Shown in pieces: positions 38,040 through 51,405 of a stretch of DNA of 64,000 nt. The stretch is taken from contig NC_058372.1 of assembly GCF_018350175.1 (NCBI RefSeq), positions 3,224,001-3,288,000 on the forward strand. Reading direction: 5' to 3'. The notes under the pieces were generated by a model. That model made no database searches, was not told the DNA's origin, and worked only from the letters and a program-made list of their open reading frames with translations. This stretch comes from Felis catus (taxonomy: Eukaryota). Position numbers and translations under genes: made by a program. The number at the start of each line of letters is the position of its first letter. Positions within the stretch are counted from its first letter, which is position 1.

Positions 38040-39760
38040 GGAAGGGCAGCGGCGGGAAGTCCGCCTGGGTTGGAGGAGGGACCTAAACCCGAGCCTCCTT
38101 TGTTCTCGGAGCGCTTTACACCCAGGACCCGGGCGATTTCCCCTCGTTCTCGTGTAGCGTGTTCCGTACCCCATCCTCATTAAGCAACGAAACTTTAACA
38201 CTGCAGAGGATACACTTTAAAGAGCACAGGGAAGAAAATACTCCGTTTATGTCTCTACAAATATGCATGCCTTTGCTAACTATGTGTGTAAGACTGTGCA
38301 TTTTGTAAGGTTATACGGGGGGAATAATGCTCCAGATGCTAACTTCCTAGATGTTGAACAAGATGTGCTAGTAAAACAGAATTTTAAGATCTTGCGGGTG
38401 TATTGCTAAATTCTCTTCCAGCAAAGGTGTAGCAGTTTTCAGTTTCAACAGCAGCTCCTACTACATTTTACTCATAATGAAGAGAGCCATTAAGATAATT
38501 TTAACTCTAATAATCCAGACTTGGTTTCTTGTATAGATAATTAACTTTTAAAAAGTTAACCAGCTAGCTAACCAGTAGAACATAGTATTTTCCCCACTGA
38601 TTCGAGGGAATTAGTTGCTCATATGTTGAATATCTCACTTAAAATTATTTCTTGAGTTTTCACTGTTCCTCTGATTAGTCCACTGGCAGTGCTGAAGGTT
38701 ATATTTGTAACATTGAAAAATAGCATTTCGCTATACATTTATTATGGCAAATACTGTGTTTTCCTAACCTGAAAAATACTGAATCTCTCCATCCATCTAG
38801 GTCTTTAAGTGTATCTCAGTAGAGGTTTTGTTTTTTTTTTCCTAGATAATATATCATTTGAAAATTTTTTAAAAGCTCTCATTAATTATAAGAGCAATTA
38901 ATTTGTCATTAGTGAACAAGTAAAAATTCTAATGCAGGGGGAAAAAAGTACACTTTGGTCTTTCTACGAAAATCTTTATGAAAATATACTTAGCTGAAAA
39001 AAAAAACATATACAACTTTACTATTGCTTAAATTCTGCGAAATTTTAACACGTTTTTCAGCATTAGCATGTAATCCCCTTGCTATCCAATGATTTTATTG
39101 CTACCCTTTATATCAATGAATTACTTTTAGCAAATGTTGCATTACAGTATTTCCAAAGTATTCCATTTAAATTTTATAAAAGAAATACACATAATTTTAA
39201 AATGTCATTAAGATATTTAAATTTCTTTTCTGCGTTTATGTGGCAATAAAAGAACACTTGCCCAACACTTGAAGAAACAAAACCCATTCAACCAGGGGGG
39301 GTATATTCTATATATTTTATAAAGGGACGGATAGCATAGGTTAGTTCAAGGGCAAATGCAAATAGGAACTAAGAGGCTTAGTTCTCCCTGAGGGTCCTTC
39401 TATTTTCCTTTTTCTGTTTCAGAATTTCTTGCCTTTTTATGGCTAAATAAGTCTTTTGCTGGCCCCTTAACTCAGGGACTTTCCTCAAGGATCTTACTCT
39501 CTTTGAAAGGTAATCATCAGGGGAAACAGTCCTCTACTTGCCAGCTTCTTGAGAAGGAAAGGGACCCAAGTTCAGCTGTTACCTGCGTCCACACTGCAAA
39601 ACGTATCTAATATAAAGGGATGTACCCACTTAGCTACTAAATCTCACTAAAAAAGTGAGGTTTCTCTGTGCCTTTGCAGTCTCTTTAGGAGATTACCTAT
39701 GATGAGCATAGTATTCTGGCTTAATGTGTGTTGAATAAAAAGATTGTTTTCTTTTCCTTC

Positions 39761-39963
39761 TTTTTAAATTTATTTATTCATTTATTTGTTTATTTATTTA
39801 GAAAGCGAGAGCCGGAAGATAGGGTCAGGGAGAGAGAGAAAGACAGAGAACAAGAATCCCAAGCAGGTTCCATGCTGTCAGCGCTGAGAGAGATGTGAGA
39901 ACCATGAGATGATGCCTGAGTGGCAATCAAGAATGCTTAACCGACTGAGCCCCCCAGCGCCCC
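39761..39963 (-). mobile_element. Diverged Can-SINE
   Basis: GCTTAACCGACTGAGCC head and TTTA-rich tail. Confidence 0.85.
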
Positions 39964-41854
39964 GCGCCTTTTGCTTTTAATTGTATTTCTCCAACATGAG
40001 TTAATTGGAATACATTTTACAGACCCTGCTTTCTCTACTTTAAAAATCAGTAAAATTCCCACCAACCAGTAGCCTCCCTCTTTGACTTCATGGATTTTTG
40101 CCTGGCAACGCATCCTGTTAAAGTTGGCAGTGGGCAGCGATCTGGAAAGTTGGTCAGGCTCTTTATAGTTTCTGAAAGTGATAGCGGAAGGTATTTATTT
40201 TTCCATAAACCTACAGTGTATTAGTTCATGAAAATATAATGCCATTTGGGCCGTTTTCTCATACTCACTGACTTTTATAGATCAAGATAAACTTCATTCA
40301 AATCAAGGTATTTTCCTTGTACCTTTCACAGCTGAAGGGTAGCTGAGTGTGCCTCTTTCTCGTAAGGATTATTCTGAACTGATTATATTTGCGAAACAGC
40401 AGATACAGGAGAATGTCTGAAAATAGAAGTTACTTTATTGTAAGAGATATTTACATTTTTAAAGGAAATCTTCGTTTGTAAGTACCAGGAAGGAAGACTG
40501 GTACATAACAAGAGAATTTTAATGGAAAAGACACGTACTTTAATGTGCATAACGAACCTCAGCAGCAAACTCAGTTAGTTACACTTGCCAAATACATCCT
40601 ATGCCTAATGACTCTGTACTGTTTCCTTTAGGCCAAATCTCTCGAGCAGACTACAGCAATGGTTTCCCAACTTCTAGCCTTACTTCTGAACTTTGTATTC
40701 ACAATACACTTGTGTGAGTGAACTTCTGGAAAAAATGTAGGTCGGGTTGTGCTACTCCCACGTTCGAAGCTTCGAATGGTAATTTCGGATGGTTTATACA
40801 ACTCAGCTTGGCGTGATCTGACCTCTGCCCGTGACCTCTGCCTGTGACCTCTGACCACCCTGTGAACTCGCTTTCACCCCGGCCCCTCTGCTCTTCATTG
40901 TCCTTAAACATTCTTGATCTTAGACTTGATCTTTAAATTCCTTATCCTTTTTTGATCTTGCTTAAACATTTCGTGTATATGACTGCCTTGGGTATTTGCA
41001 TCATCTTCTTAGAATACTTTCCCAAACGCACCAGTCAGAATGGCTAAAATTAACATGAATTAATTTCTGATAAGCACCAAAGAGGTATAATCTGTCTCAG
41101 GGGGCCTGTTCATCCTCCAAAGGAAGGTGAGGTAATCGGCATAATCAGACCCCCTGACTTCACCCTTAAGGGAAGGTGCTCCGGCCGGAAACAATCTTTT
41201 CTTTTCTTTTGTTTATAACTTTCTTGCCCCACCCTTCTTCCTAGAAAAACTTTCCATTTTATACAGTTCCTCAGATGCTGCCCAATTCACGAATCTTCAT
41301 TTAACGAAGCCAATTAGATTTTCAGGTTTACTTGGTTGAATTTTGCCTTTTAACAGGTTATTGGCACACAATGGGCTATTTAACTTACAACAGTGAGTGT
41401 TTTAGGTTTGATGAAATTTGGTACTAAAACAATGTTGCAATCACCTTGAATATATAGGTCTTTGTGCACTTGACCAAATATTCGGGACAAATCCATAAAG
41501 GTTCATCTTAACCAAATTTTTGACAGAGGATTTGGTCTTCTCATTCCTTACCAGATGAAAACTCAGCAGGTAAGTGGTGCGGTACTGGAGGAAAGTGACA
41601 ATGTCACCAGCGAGGCCCCAAGACCTGACCTTTACTGCTCACCTGCTCGTACTGACGTTTGTCCCACGTTTTCCTTAAGCTCTTTTTTTCCAGTGTGTGT
41701 CTTATTTTAGGCAAAAGACCCGAGGGGCATAGTATCCTGTGATGGAGTTAAGATACAATACTGAGAAGTATTGTAAAGAGACAGCTTTAGTTTGCCTTAA
41801 AATTTTTAGACACGTTCTCTGTGTATTACTTAGAAATACAATGCAGATTTAAAG

Positions 41855-42084
41855 TTTTTTTTTAATTAAAAAAAAACCTTTTTGTTATTATTTTTCAGAC
41901 AGGGAGAGACAGCGTGAGTGGGAGACGGGCAGAGACAGGGAGACCCCGAATCTGAAGCAGGCTCCAAGCTCTGAGCTGACAGCGCAGGGTCTGACGTGGG
42001 ACTCAAACTCACAAACTGTGAGATCATGATCATGACCTGAGCCAGAGTCAGATGCTTAACCAACTGAGCCACCCAGGCGCACCT
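41855..42084 (-). mobile_element. Can-SINE
   Basis: Head and tail motifs. Confidence 0.92.
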
Positions 42085-42152
42085 CAGGTTTTTTATTAAT
42101 ACTGACCTAATTCTGTACTAACAAATACCAACAAAATATTAGCATTAGGTAT

Positions 42153-43407
42153 TGAAAGGTGGCAGAATAGGCCACCCCCAGAATATTCCACTCTGGCATA
42201 AGGTTTATTTTCAGCTGAAGGCATTTGAGATAAAGTAGAGACCAGAAAAGCTCTTGGTTTTTCCCTTCTATCTCTAAAAACAGGAAGTAGATTTATCAAG
42301 ATGTCTCTTTCCCTTTCTACCAGGAAGGGGAAAGGTTAATTCCAGTGTCACAGCAGGCAGTTAGTCAGGCTCTAAGAGGATGCCTGGAGGCCAGGGCGGA
42401 GGAGGCCGTGCCCAGCTGCAGGGTGGGTCAGAGGCCTGTCTGGCCACACTCCCCTGAAAGACCCAGCATGCTGGAGGGGCCCAAGATGGCGGCGCCAGGA
42501 CAGGAAGCCCCCCAGCAAGTGAGGAGGAAAAGGCCCAAAACCCTGCTTCCAAGAAATCCCCGCCCCCCAGGTAATCAATATTCCTCCTCCTTGTTAACAA
42601 CTGTCAATAACTGATAGAAACCTCAACCCTGGTTCACAAGTGCTCTCTCTCTCCCTTGAGCTCACCCGCTCTCACATCTCGAGTGTACCTCTCATCCACT
42701 GTGTTGTGTCTGCCCTTAAATTCTTTCTCATGAGGCGACCAAGAGCCTTCGGTGACATCTTTGATCTGGGCTTGGTCGAGGTCTTAGGGCTCAGGGTCTC
42801 CCCAGTTCACCCGGCCACACCAGTAGACATCATTCGACCCTTATCAACGGAGAAGGCAGCAACTTAAATCTGCCTGACGGACTTCATTCTTGTTCTCCTG
42901 GTGACCTTCCCGTAACTGACTTCCCCTCACCTTTTGTCTTCGGCTCATGGGGGCCAAGGGCAGGCCGCTCCAAGATGCGCCACTGGGCATGAAGATTATT
43001 CTGAGCTGAAGGCGTGAAGACCCCACGGGCTCGGAGAAACTCTTGGTACTAACTACATAGAACAACCTAAATTGGGGGTCTTTCCCAGAACAGGGTTATT
43101 GGCGGCGATAAATTTGATCTGAGTGACCCATCCATATGGCAGGACAAACATGGAATTAGCATGCTCCTATGGCCCTGTGAATGCATTCCTTCCCTTCCTA
43201 GTCCCAGACCTCTGCCCCCTTCTTAGTTCAGGATGACATACATGCCTTGTTTGGCCTGGCTGTCTTTGGAATTTCCATGTCTGTGTGGATTCCCCATATG
43301 TATGCTGTTAAATTTGATTTTCTCCTGTTAACTTTTCTCACGTCAATGGGATTCTTAGTCCAGCTAGAAGGACCCTTGAAGGGGACAGGAATTCTTGCTT
43401 CCCGACA
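42153..43407 (+). mobile_element. ERV1 MER34/CarLTR-like LTR(s) hosting nested insertions
   Basis: TGAAAGGTGGCAGAATAGGCCACCCCCAGAATAT.. start, a second start-like motif near 42960, ..TTGCTTCCCGACA end. Confidence 0.6.
42346..42819 (+). mobile_element. ERV1 solo LTR with 4-bp TSD
   Basis: TGTCA...GGCCACA flanked by CCAG (42342-42345 and 42820-42823). Confidence 0.85.
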
Positions 43408-44875
43408 AGCGGTAGACGGTACTTAAGCCATACTTCTGAGGCATCTCTGGAGCTCATCTTCCCCAGTGTTATCTCCTGCGTACACACGAGGTACACGTCA
43501 CAGAGACGGTAAACCCCAGATGGAGTCACGTGTGCGAAACCCCACAGCAGCAAACCAAGCCTGAACGCCTAATCCGATCGGTTTCCCACCCTGGGAATGG
43601 AACCTTTAGCTACTCAAGGAGCAATTAACCTAGTCTGTGCTGGGGAGATAATCCACCAGTAGGCCCAGCCAATCCCTTTAGGAGGATGACCTTGACTGAA
43701 ACAATGCACTCTTTGCTAATAATTTCCATTTTCTGCTGCATTTCCACCTTGAAAAGTCTTTCGTTTTCTATAGCGCAGCAGAACTCCTTTCTGTTGCTCG
43801 ATGGGACGCTGCCTGCTCCAGGAATCATTGAAAAAAAGCCAATTTGACCTTTAGTCACTTGAATTTTTGTTGTTTAACAACGTTAATAAATTTCTGTGTG
43901 TTTTTTTTCTTGGGAAAACTGTCTTCTACTGCAGGGGTCTCAGCCAAACATTCAAAAGCATAGAGGATAAATTATTTTTCTTGGCCTATAATTAGAAGAC
44001 ATAACAACTGAATAATGAATATAATCACAGATGTCTCCAAAAGACTGTATTATGGAATGTGCTAACTATATAAACACACTGATCCCTCCTACCAAATTTA
44101 TTACTTTTTAAAATTTGGATAAGAAGTGGAATAAACATTTTTTTTTGCAATGTTTGCATTTTATACCCTTGAAATATTATCCTAAGCAGAATTTCCATAA
44201 ATGTCATCAGGCAGCCAACGTCGTCCGTGACATTCAAGAAAAAAAGCGAAGAACGTTTTTCTCCCCGTTTTTGAGATGACATCCGTGACAGGGGTCCAGT
44301 GCACAGAAACTAGGAGGCAAGATTGTGCCCTGGGCAATCAAAACCATTGGCAGAACTTTCCTTATTTGGTGACAACAGCAACAAAAGAAAGTCACGTCAA
44401 TAAACCTCCTTCCACACCTAACCGGTCAGCTGGGCGGAGAGACCTGGGTCGTTGGGAGCCACAGCGCACTCCACCTCTCCATTCAGAAGCATTCCTTGGT
44501 CAAACCATACAATCCTCTATTTATAGGATTTTCCTTACTCTACACGGACCTTGAAGCCTGTAAGGCGGAACAGCCTGTGCCATTAACTACACTTTACATT
44601 TCAATGGCAATAGTTGTGGGAACTAAAACTTAAAGTGGGACAGAAATAACCACCCGGAAGCAACCAAGGGCACTGACGATTTTAGGCTCCTCCCAAACGG
44701 GAGAAACATTTCTCGGGCTCCAGAACGGTGTCCTACCTACCAGCGTAATCCCAGTATTTCATTCATTTGCCAACACGGAGGGGGGCTGGCGAGGGCAGTG
44801 TCTCAAAACTTAGGTACTGTTAGGAAGAGTGGACGTGGCGGCCAGCCTTGGGATGGCGCACGACAATCGGGCCCT

Positions 44876-45188
44876 GAAGCTCTCCGTTCGCCTGTACGCG
44901 AACTGCATGTCCTTTGGGCATGACGGTGACGCGCTTGGCGCGGATGGCGCACAGGTTGGTGTCCTCGAAGAGCCCCACCAGGTAGGCCTCGCACGCCTCC
45001 TGCAGCGCCATCACGGCCGAGCTCTGGAAGCGCAGGTCGGTCTTGAAGTCCTGCGCGATCTCGCGCACCAGCCGCTGGAACGGCAGCTTGCGGATCAGCA
45101 GCTCGGTGGACTTCTGGTAGCGGCGGATCTCGCGCAGGGCCACCGTGCCGGGCCGGTAGCGGTGCGGCTTGACGCCGCCGGGGGCCGG
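44876..45188 (-). pseudogene. Histone H3.1-like pseudogene, 5'-truncated and frameshifted
   Basis: [92 protein letters not shown]; SAVM and C96 indicate H3.1; residues 1-29 absent, one Lys of K36/K37 deleted, H113R, +1 insertion after MPK, no intact stem-loop. Confidence 0.9.
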
Positions 45189-45469
45189 TTGCTCGCTGCG
45201 CCGTCCGCCCAAGTCAGGGAAGGCAACTTTTTTTGCGCCAAATTTCATTACCCGAAAAGCTACGTAAACAATGAAGATACCGAAAAAGTCTATCCCCAAT
45301 CACCGCCGTGGGCTGAAATCTACCCCGCTTTGCACGTTAGGGTTTAACCTATGGTGTCCTGCTTTCAACCCAGGACGGAGGTTCGTGAAGAGTGACCCAA
45401 CTTCCCCACACCTCACTTCCCTTCCTTAGTGTCAAAGAAATGTTAAGTTCTTTTCCAGAAAAGATAGGT

Positions 45470-45485
45470 GGCCCTGAAAAGAGCC
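45470..45485 (-). terminator. Histone 3' stem-loop with a U:G pair; HDE-like ~45445-45456
   Basis: CCCAAA-GGCTCTTTTCAGGGCC-ACCTA ... GGAAAAGAACTT. Confidence 0.93.
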
Positions 45486-45537
45486 TTTGGGTTTGGACTC
45501 GACTTACTCGAGCTACTATAAACTATCATATAGGCCA

Positions 45538-46269
<732 letters not shown>

Positions 46270-46650
46270 ATGCCGGAACCAGCGAAGTCCGCTCCCGCCC
46301 CGAAGAAGGGCTCGAAGAANNNNNNNNNNNNNNNNNNNNNNNNNNNNNNNNNNNNNNNNNNNNNNNNNNNNNNNNNNNNNNNNNNNNNNNNNNNNNNNNN
46401 NNNNNNNNNNNNNNNNNNNNNNNNNNNNNNNNNNNNNNNNNNNNNNNNNNNNNNNNNNNNNNNNNNNNNNNNNNNNNNNNNNNNNNNNNNNNNNNNNNNN
46501 NNNNNNNNNNNNNNNNNNNNNNNNNNNNNNNNNNNNNNNNNNNNNNNNNNNNNNNNNNNNNNNNNNNNNNNNNNNNNNNNNNNNNNNNNNNNNNNNNNNN
46601 NNNNNNNNNNNNNNNNNNNNNNNNNNNNNNNNNNNNNNNNNNNNNNNNNN
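46270..46650 (+). CDS. H2BC11: Histone H2B type 1 (46320-46654 masked); H2BC11 ortholog by synteny
   Basis: MPEPAKSAPAPKKGSK visible; end inferred from the standard 381-nt CDS. Confidence 0.92.
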
Positions 46651-46680
46651 NNNNGAGTTGGCTGTAAACTGAACCCTAAC

Positions 46681-46696
46681 GGCTCTTTTAAGAGCC
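46681..46696 (+). terminator. Histone 3' stem-loop; HDE ~46709-46721
   Basis: GGCTCTTTTAAGAGCC-ACCCA ... AAAGAGAGAGCTG. Confidence 0.97.
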
Positions 46697-48485
46697 ACCC
46701 ATATTCTCAAAGAGAGAGCTGCCACTTGCTTATTCTGTGCTGATCCTGTGACTCATTACAGTAGTTATTAGTCTGAACAGTCCCCGGCTTTTCCTATTAC
46801 AGTAACTAAGCGGCAAAACTAATACTGGGTCTTAGCCAAGCTCTGGGACTCCTGGGAAAAGTAACAAAGGCTCTGAGCTTGTCCCTCACTTAGGAGCTAG
46901 CTACTTTCAAAAGGGCTCTGTCACCAGTTCGAATAACCTTTAGAATTAAGTAAACGATGGAGGAGAAAACATAAGCTGGAAGCAAATTCAAATACTCCCC
47001 AGTCACCCCTTGAGAACAGAGCTGGACTCGTGCCCAGGTTTCGGGGGTTGCGCCTACAGTTTGAATTTGCCGCCCTTCCTCTCTGCGCCCTGATTGGTTC
47101 TGGCATCTGAGCCCCCCCCCCCCCCCCCCCCCCCCCGCAGCCCAGCACACTCACGCACCTAGAGTAAATATTCTCCGGCTGTCTATCCTGTTTTCATCCT
47201 CTTAAGCTTTCTAAACTTGTCAGGAGTGAGGTTTAGTATTTCCTCTTGGAATTTTCGTTGGAGAGAGGCATCTGGAAGATGTTTTCAGGCTGAGAAGTAC
47301 CAACGCTGTATTTCCAATTAGGCTGCCGCTTTCCTTCTGCCATATACCCATATAATGGAAAATGTTACCATGACGAGACAGGGCTATTTGGGGGTTCGGT
47401 GAAGGCAAAGAAGCTTGATAGCATCCATCCCAGACTCTTGTAAAACGAGAATCAGTTTTTCTTTTAAAGTTCCTTTGGTTGGCGCTTAAAGCTGCTGTTT
47501 GACATTGTTGGGAACCAGTAAGGAAAAAGCACGCTCCGCGTCGGTTAGGTTGCCACAAATAACCAGTCAGCCAACAATGTGTCTAGATTATAATTCTTCA
47601 ATATCTCGTGTCTCTTAGCTAAACAGCCATGATCTGTAAAGCATTTGGAAGCCTCCAGTCCGGCTGGTTTGGGGTTTAGGTAGTAATTTTAAATGCATTT
47701 AATTGATATAAATAAATTACCCAATTTATCTGAAACGGATCTAAATTTAACACAGCGATAATGTCTAAAACAATGTTTTGTTAGAGCCAATGTCAAATAT
47801 AGGCTTCTCCTTTGTTGACTCGAATCCTACTCCTGGTTCAGTGCCCACGTCAATCTGGCCTGCTCTCCGAAATTCCCTTTCCTTGTCCAGCATTTGGGAA
47901 CTGCCTCCGTATAGTATAGTGAATTGCTACTAAGTGGTTTGCTGTATGTTTCCCCACAGAAAATGTGCAGTCAAGACAGGAAAAATAAAGAAGGAAGAAA
48001 AGAGAAAGTTCTTTCCTTCATTTCCACCCCACACTAATGATAACCGAGTACCTGGAAACAACATAATTTTTGTCACTTCTTCTGTCATATGAGCCCCCTG
48101 ATCCTCTCCATTAATCCAAATAATCAGATGATAATGTTCAAGCTAAATACTTTTTGTTCTTGTTGTTTGTGCTATAGGATATAGAAATGAGAATACAAAG
48201 CCCGAATTCGTGGAAGATGCAGAGGGATTGGGACAGAGGATGAGTCGTAGGCAATAGTCCATTCCCAGATGAAACTTTGTGAAAACTAAGGTTTTTTTTG
48301 GAAACAACAAAGTTGAAAAGATAACCAGCCAATTTACCCTATTGCTCAAAATTAAACTGCTTAAGCCATACACAAATCAGGAAAATAAATCAAATTTTCA
48401 TCTGTGGAGTTATTTGCACCTGGATGGGGTCCCCTTATAAATAAGGCAAGAGTTTAATCTTTTGCTTGAAAAACTGTTACACTTT

Positions 48486-48703
48486 ATTTATGTATTTATA
48501 TGTATTTGTGTATTTATTTATTTATGTTTATTTATTTTTGAGAGAGACTGAGCACAAGTGGGAGAGGGGCAGGGAGAGAGGGAGACACAGAATCCGAAGC
48601 AGGTTCCAGGCTCCGAGCTGTCACCACAGAGCCCTATGCGGGGCTTGAGTCGTGACTGGAGCCAAAGTCAGACGCTTAACTGAGGGAGCCACTCAGGCTC
48701 CCC
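48486..48703 (-). mobile_element. Can-SINE
   Basis: TSD AAACTGTTA(T)CACTTTA. Confidence 0.9.
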
Positions 48704-49923
48704 TAAACTGTTATCACTTTAACCTACTTCTAACCAGCTTCAGAAGAATTGGTTCAAAGCTAACCTAATACAGTATGTCATTTACAAAAGTGTACATTGT
48801 ACATGGTGTTATATCTTATCCCAAAGTACACACATTTGTTGCTCAAATACTTACGGCTATTTGGCCCATCTTCCCCAGAGATCATAAACCACAATGATGC
48901 CTTGAACATTGTGTTAGATGAACCGGCTGTTTGTAAGAAATCTTTTTTCAAGCGATACTATATCAAATGATATTTCATGTTTCTACCGTGCATATATTTC
49001 TTTGTAAGCTAATCTACATCGGTTGTGGAAATCAAGGCACCCATTCCCCAGGGAGTTAATAGAGACACACTGACAAAGTCCATTGAAAGATGCATGACCC
49101 TATATCTAGATACCTATGCGGATATCTGTTCTTCAACTCTATCTTTGGTATGTTAAAGCTCATCCCATTATAACTTTTGTCAATTTTATTTTCAAGTTTT
49201 GATGATACATGGCAAATACCCAGTTCATAATAACCATATTTCCAAACTATTGATTTGAACGACTTATGCTAAGCTTTAATTTCGAAGAACCACTTTTCCT
49301 GATATTGTCCCCAAATGTTGGATATGCAACCCTGTTTAGAGTCTGCATTCCATGAAGGCCTATGCCTTCTGCCCATAAATCTAGAACGGAATTTTTGAAT
49401 TTTAAGAACACCGTTTGGCATACCTGAAGCATTTGTTTTGCACATTACTAGTATTTTTTCCAGTCTTTGCAAATGTATTGCTTCACCCTCACTGTGGAAA
49501 CGATACTATTTATTTGACATCGGGACACCAGAAGAACACGTTGTTTGTTCTTCTGCTATTACTTGTACACCATCAGATCGACAAAACTATGATGTATACA
49601 TCGGTACTTGATCGTCAGGAGGAAGTGATACACGCAAGGCTCGGCCTGAGCAAGTGCTGAAGGAGGAAAATAATTTTTAGAGCAAGTAGCTCACACCCCA
49701 ATTATTTCTACTTCTGAAACATAGTTATGCTTTTTGCTATTTTTCAATAGCCTGAAGACTTTTCCTATCAATACCTGATTGAGAAACACTACCTAGGTTT
49801 GAAACTAGGCCCTGCCACTTGAAATTTGCATTTACACATGACTTTAATTTCTGTCGCTTTCTTCCTCATTTCCAAAGGGGGATTTGGTAGTGCTTCTCAT
49901 GAATTAATATCTTCAAAAAAAAA

Positions 49924-50140
49924 ATTTTTTTTTTTTTTGCCGTTTATTTATTATTGAGAGACGGAGAGACACAGAGCATGAGCAGGGGAGAGGCCGAGAG
50001 ATGGAGACACAGAATCTGAAGCAGGCTCCAGGCTCTGAGCCGTCAGCACAGAGCCCGACGCGGGGCTCGAACCCACAAACCGTGAGATCATGACCCGAGC
50101 CAAAGTCGGACGCTTAACCAACCGAGCCACCCAGGCGCCC
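49924..50140 (-). mobile_element. Can-SINE
   Basis: TSD TGAATTAATAT/TGAATTACTAT. Confidence 0.94.
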
Positions 50141-50399
50141 CTTGTGAATTACTATGTTAACAATGTCTTGCATATAGTAAGCCTTCAACATATTTGAGCT
50201 AATACCACTGCTGACACCAGTCAAAAGGGCAGTATTAGAATGAGTAATAACAACGTCCCGCTCAAAAGTACCCATGAAAGACAACAGAAAAGAGAGGAGA
50301 GTGGCATCTCATTGTTTAGTTTTGCTGGAAAGAGAAATGATCTAAGATATCGAGCTAAACTGATGCATGTGTGTCTGGCTGGGCAAGGGTTTGAAGGGG

Positions 50400-50720
50400 A
50401 CAAAAGTGGAGGTTTGTGGACAAGTTTGGGGGATGAGTGATATGGATGAACTCAGAATGGTCCCAGAGTGTAAGAATGACGTTGGCCCTTGTGGATGCGA
50501 ACCAACAGGTCTGTCCTTCCGAGGAGGCTATCGGTACTCAGGCATACGACAGCCACCATGTGCACATCACAAAGTTTATTTTTCTCAACACCCTTCCTAC
50601 TGCCCAAGCCAGGTGGCCGGGGTGATGCTGCTGGAGGTTACCCACAAGCTCTTTGGTATAGACTTAGCTCACCAGAGTTGACCTGGATCCTGGCACTGCT
50701 AAGTGTCCCATATGCCGGGA
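50400..50720 (+). mobile_element. Decayed ERVL pol fragment (RNase H/integrase junction)
   Basis: GGAGGTTAC..GACTT..CTCACCAGAGTTGACCTGG..CACTGCTAAGTGTCC resembles ERVL pol as I recall it. Confidence 0.55.
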
Positions 50721-51405
50721 CCGCTCTTCTTGGATCCATGTTGTCATGGATGAGGCAGCTGTTGGACTTCACTGACACAGACACTTACTCTAGATTTGGT
50801 GTGTTTCACCTTCTCTCATGCCGTCGCTGGCAAGATTATCCATGAACTTCCTGAATACTTTGTGCCTCTATCTCACAGAATTCAGGTCATTTTAGAAAAA
50901 GGGTAAGGCAATGAGAAGACGGCTTGGGACTCACCAGTCTTCATGGGCACCACATCCTTCATGAGCACAGCCTTACCAATTACTGGGAGACTCTGTTAAA
51001 GTGGCATCTAGGAGTTTGGCAAGTTATCGGAGTCCCATTCAACTGGATAATGTATAGGTACCGAAGAGTGACGAATAGGCATAATTTCTGCCATTGCCAG
51101 AACACATTGGCCAAAGAACAAAGAGGCAGAAAGGGGGTAGTCCCTCTGCTCTTAGGGTTAATCACCAGCTCAAAAAACACCCACTTTCCATCCTTGCATC
51201 TCAGGGCTCTCTCTGTTGCGTTCATTGGATTTTCGGGTTTTTTGTTCTTAAAAGCTTTAGTACTCAAAGGAGGAATATGTCTGCCAGCGGAGACTGAGAT
51301 CACACTGTTAAATTTTATTGATTTACAAAAAATGAGCCATTTCTGATATAAAGTTAAAACAATTTTAATTAGATTCACGGACTGGCTTAAGAGACATATG
51401 GGAAG

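Noticed and set aside
45249-45299. Longer 159-aa start for the H3-like ORF
   Set aside because: Begins at TTG; the first ATG is at 45248.
48190-49660. Possible decayed pseudogene or transposon interior
   Set aside because: No motif I could assign; needs BLASTx or Dfam.
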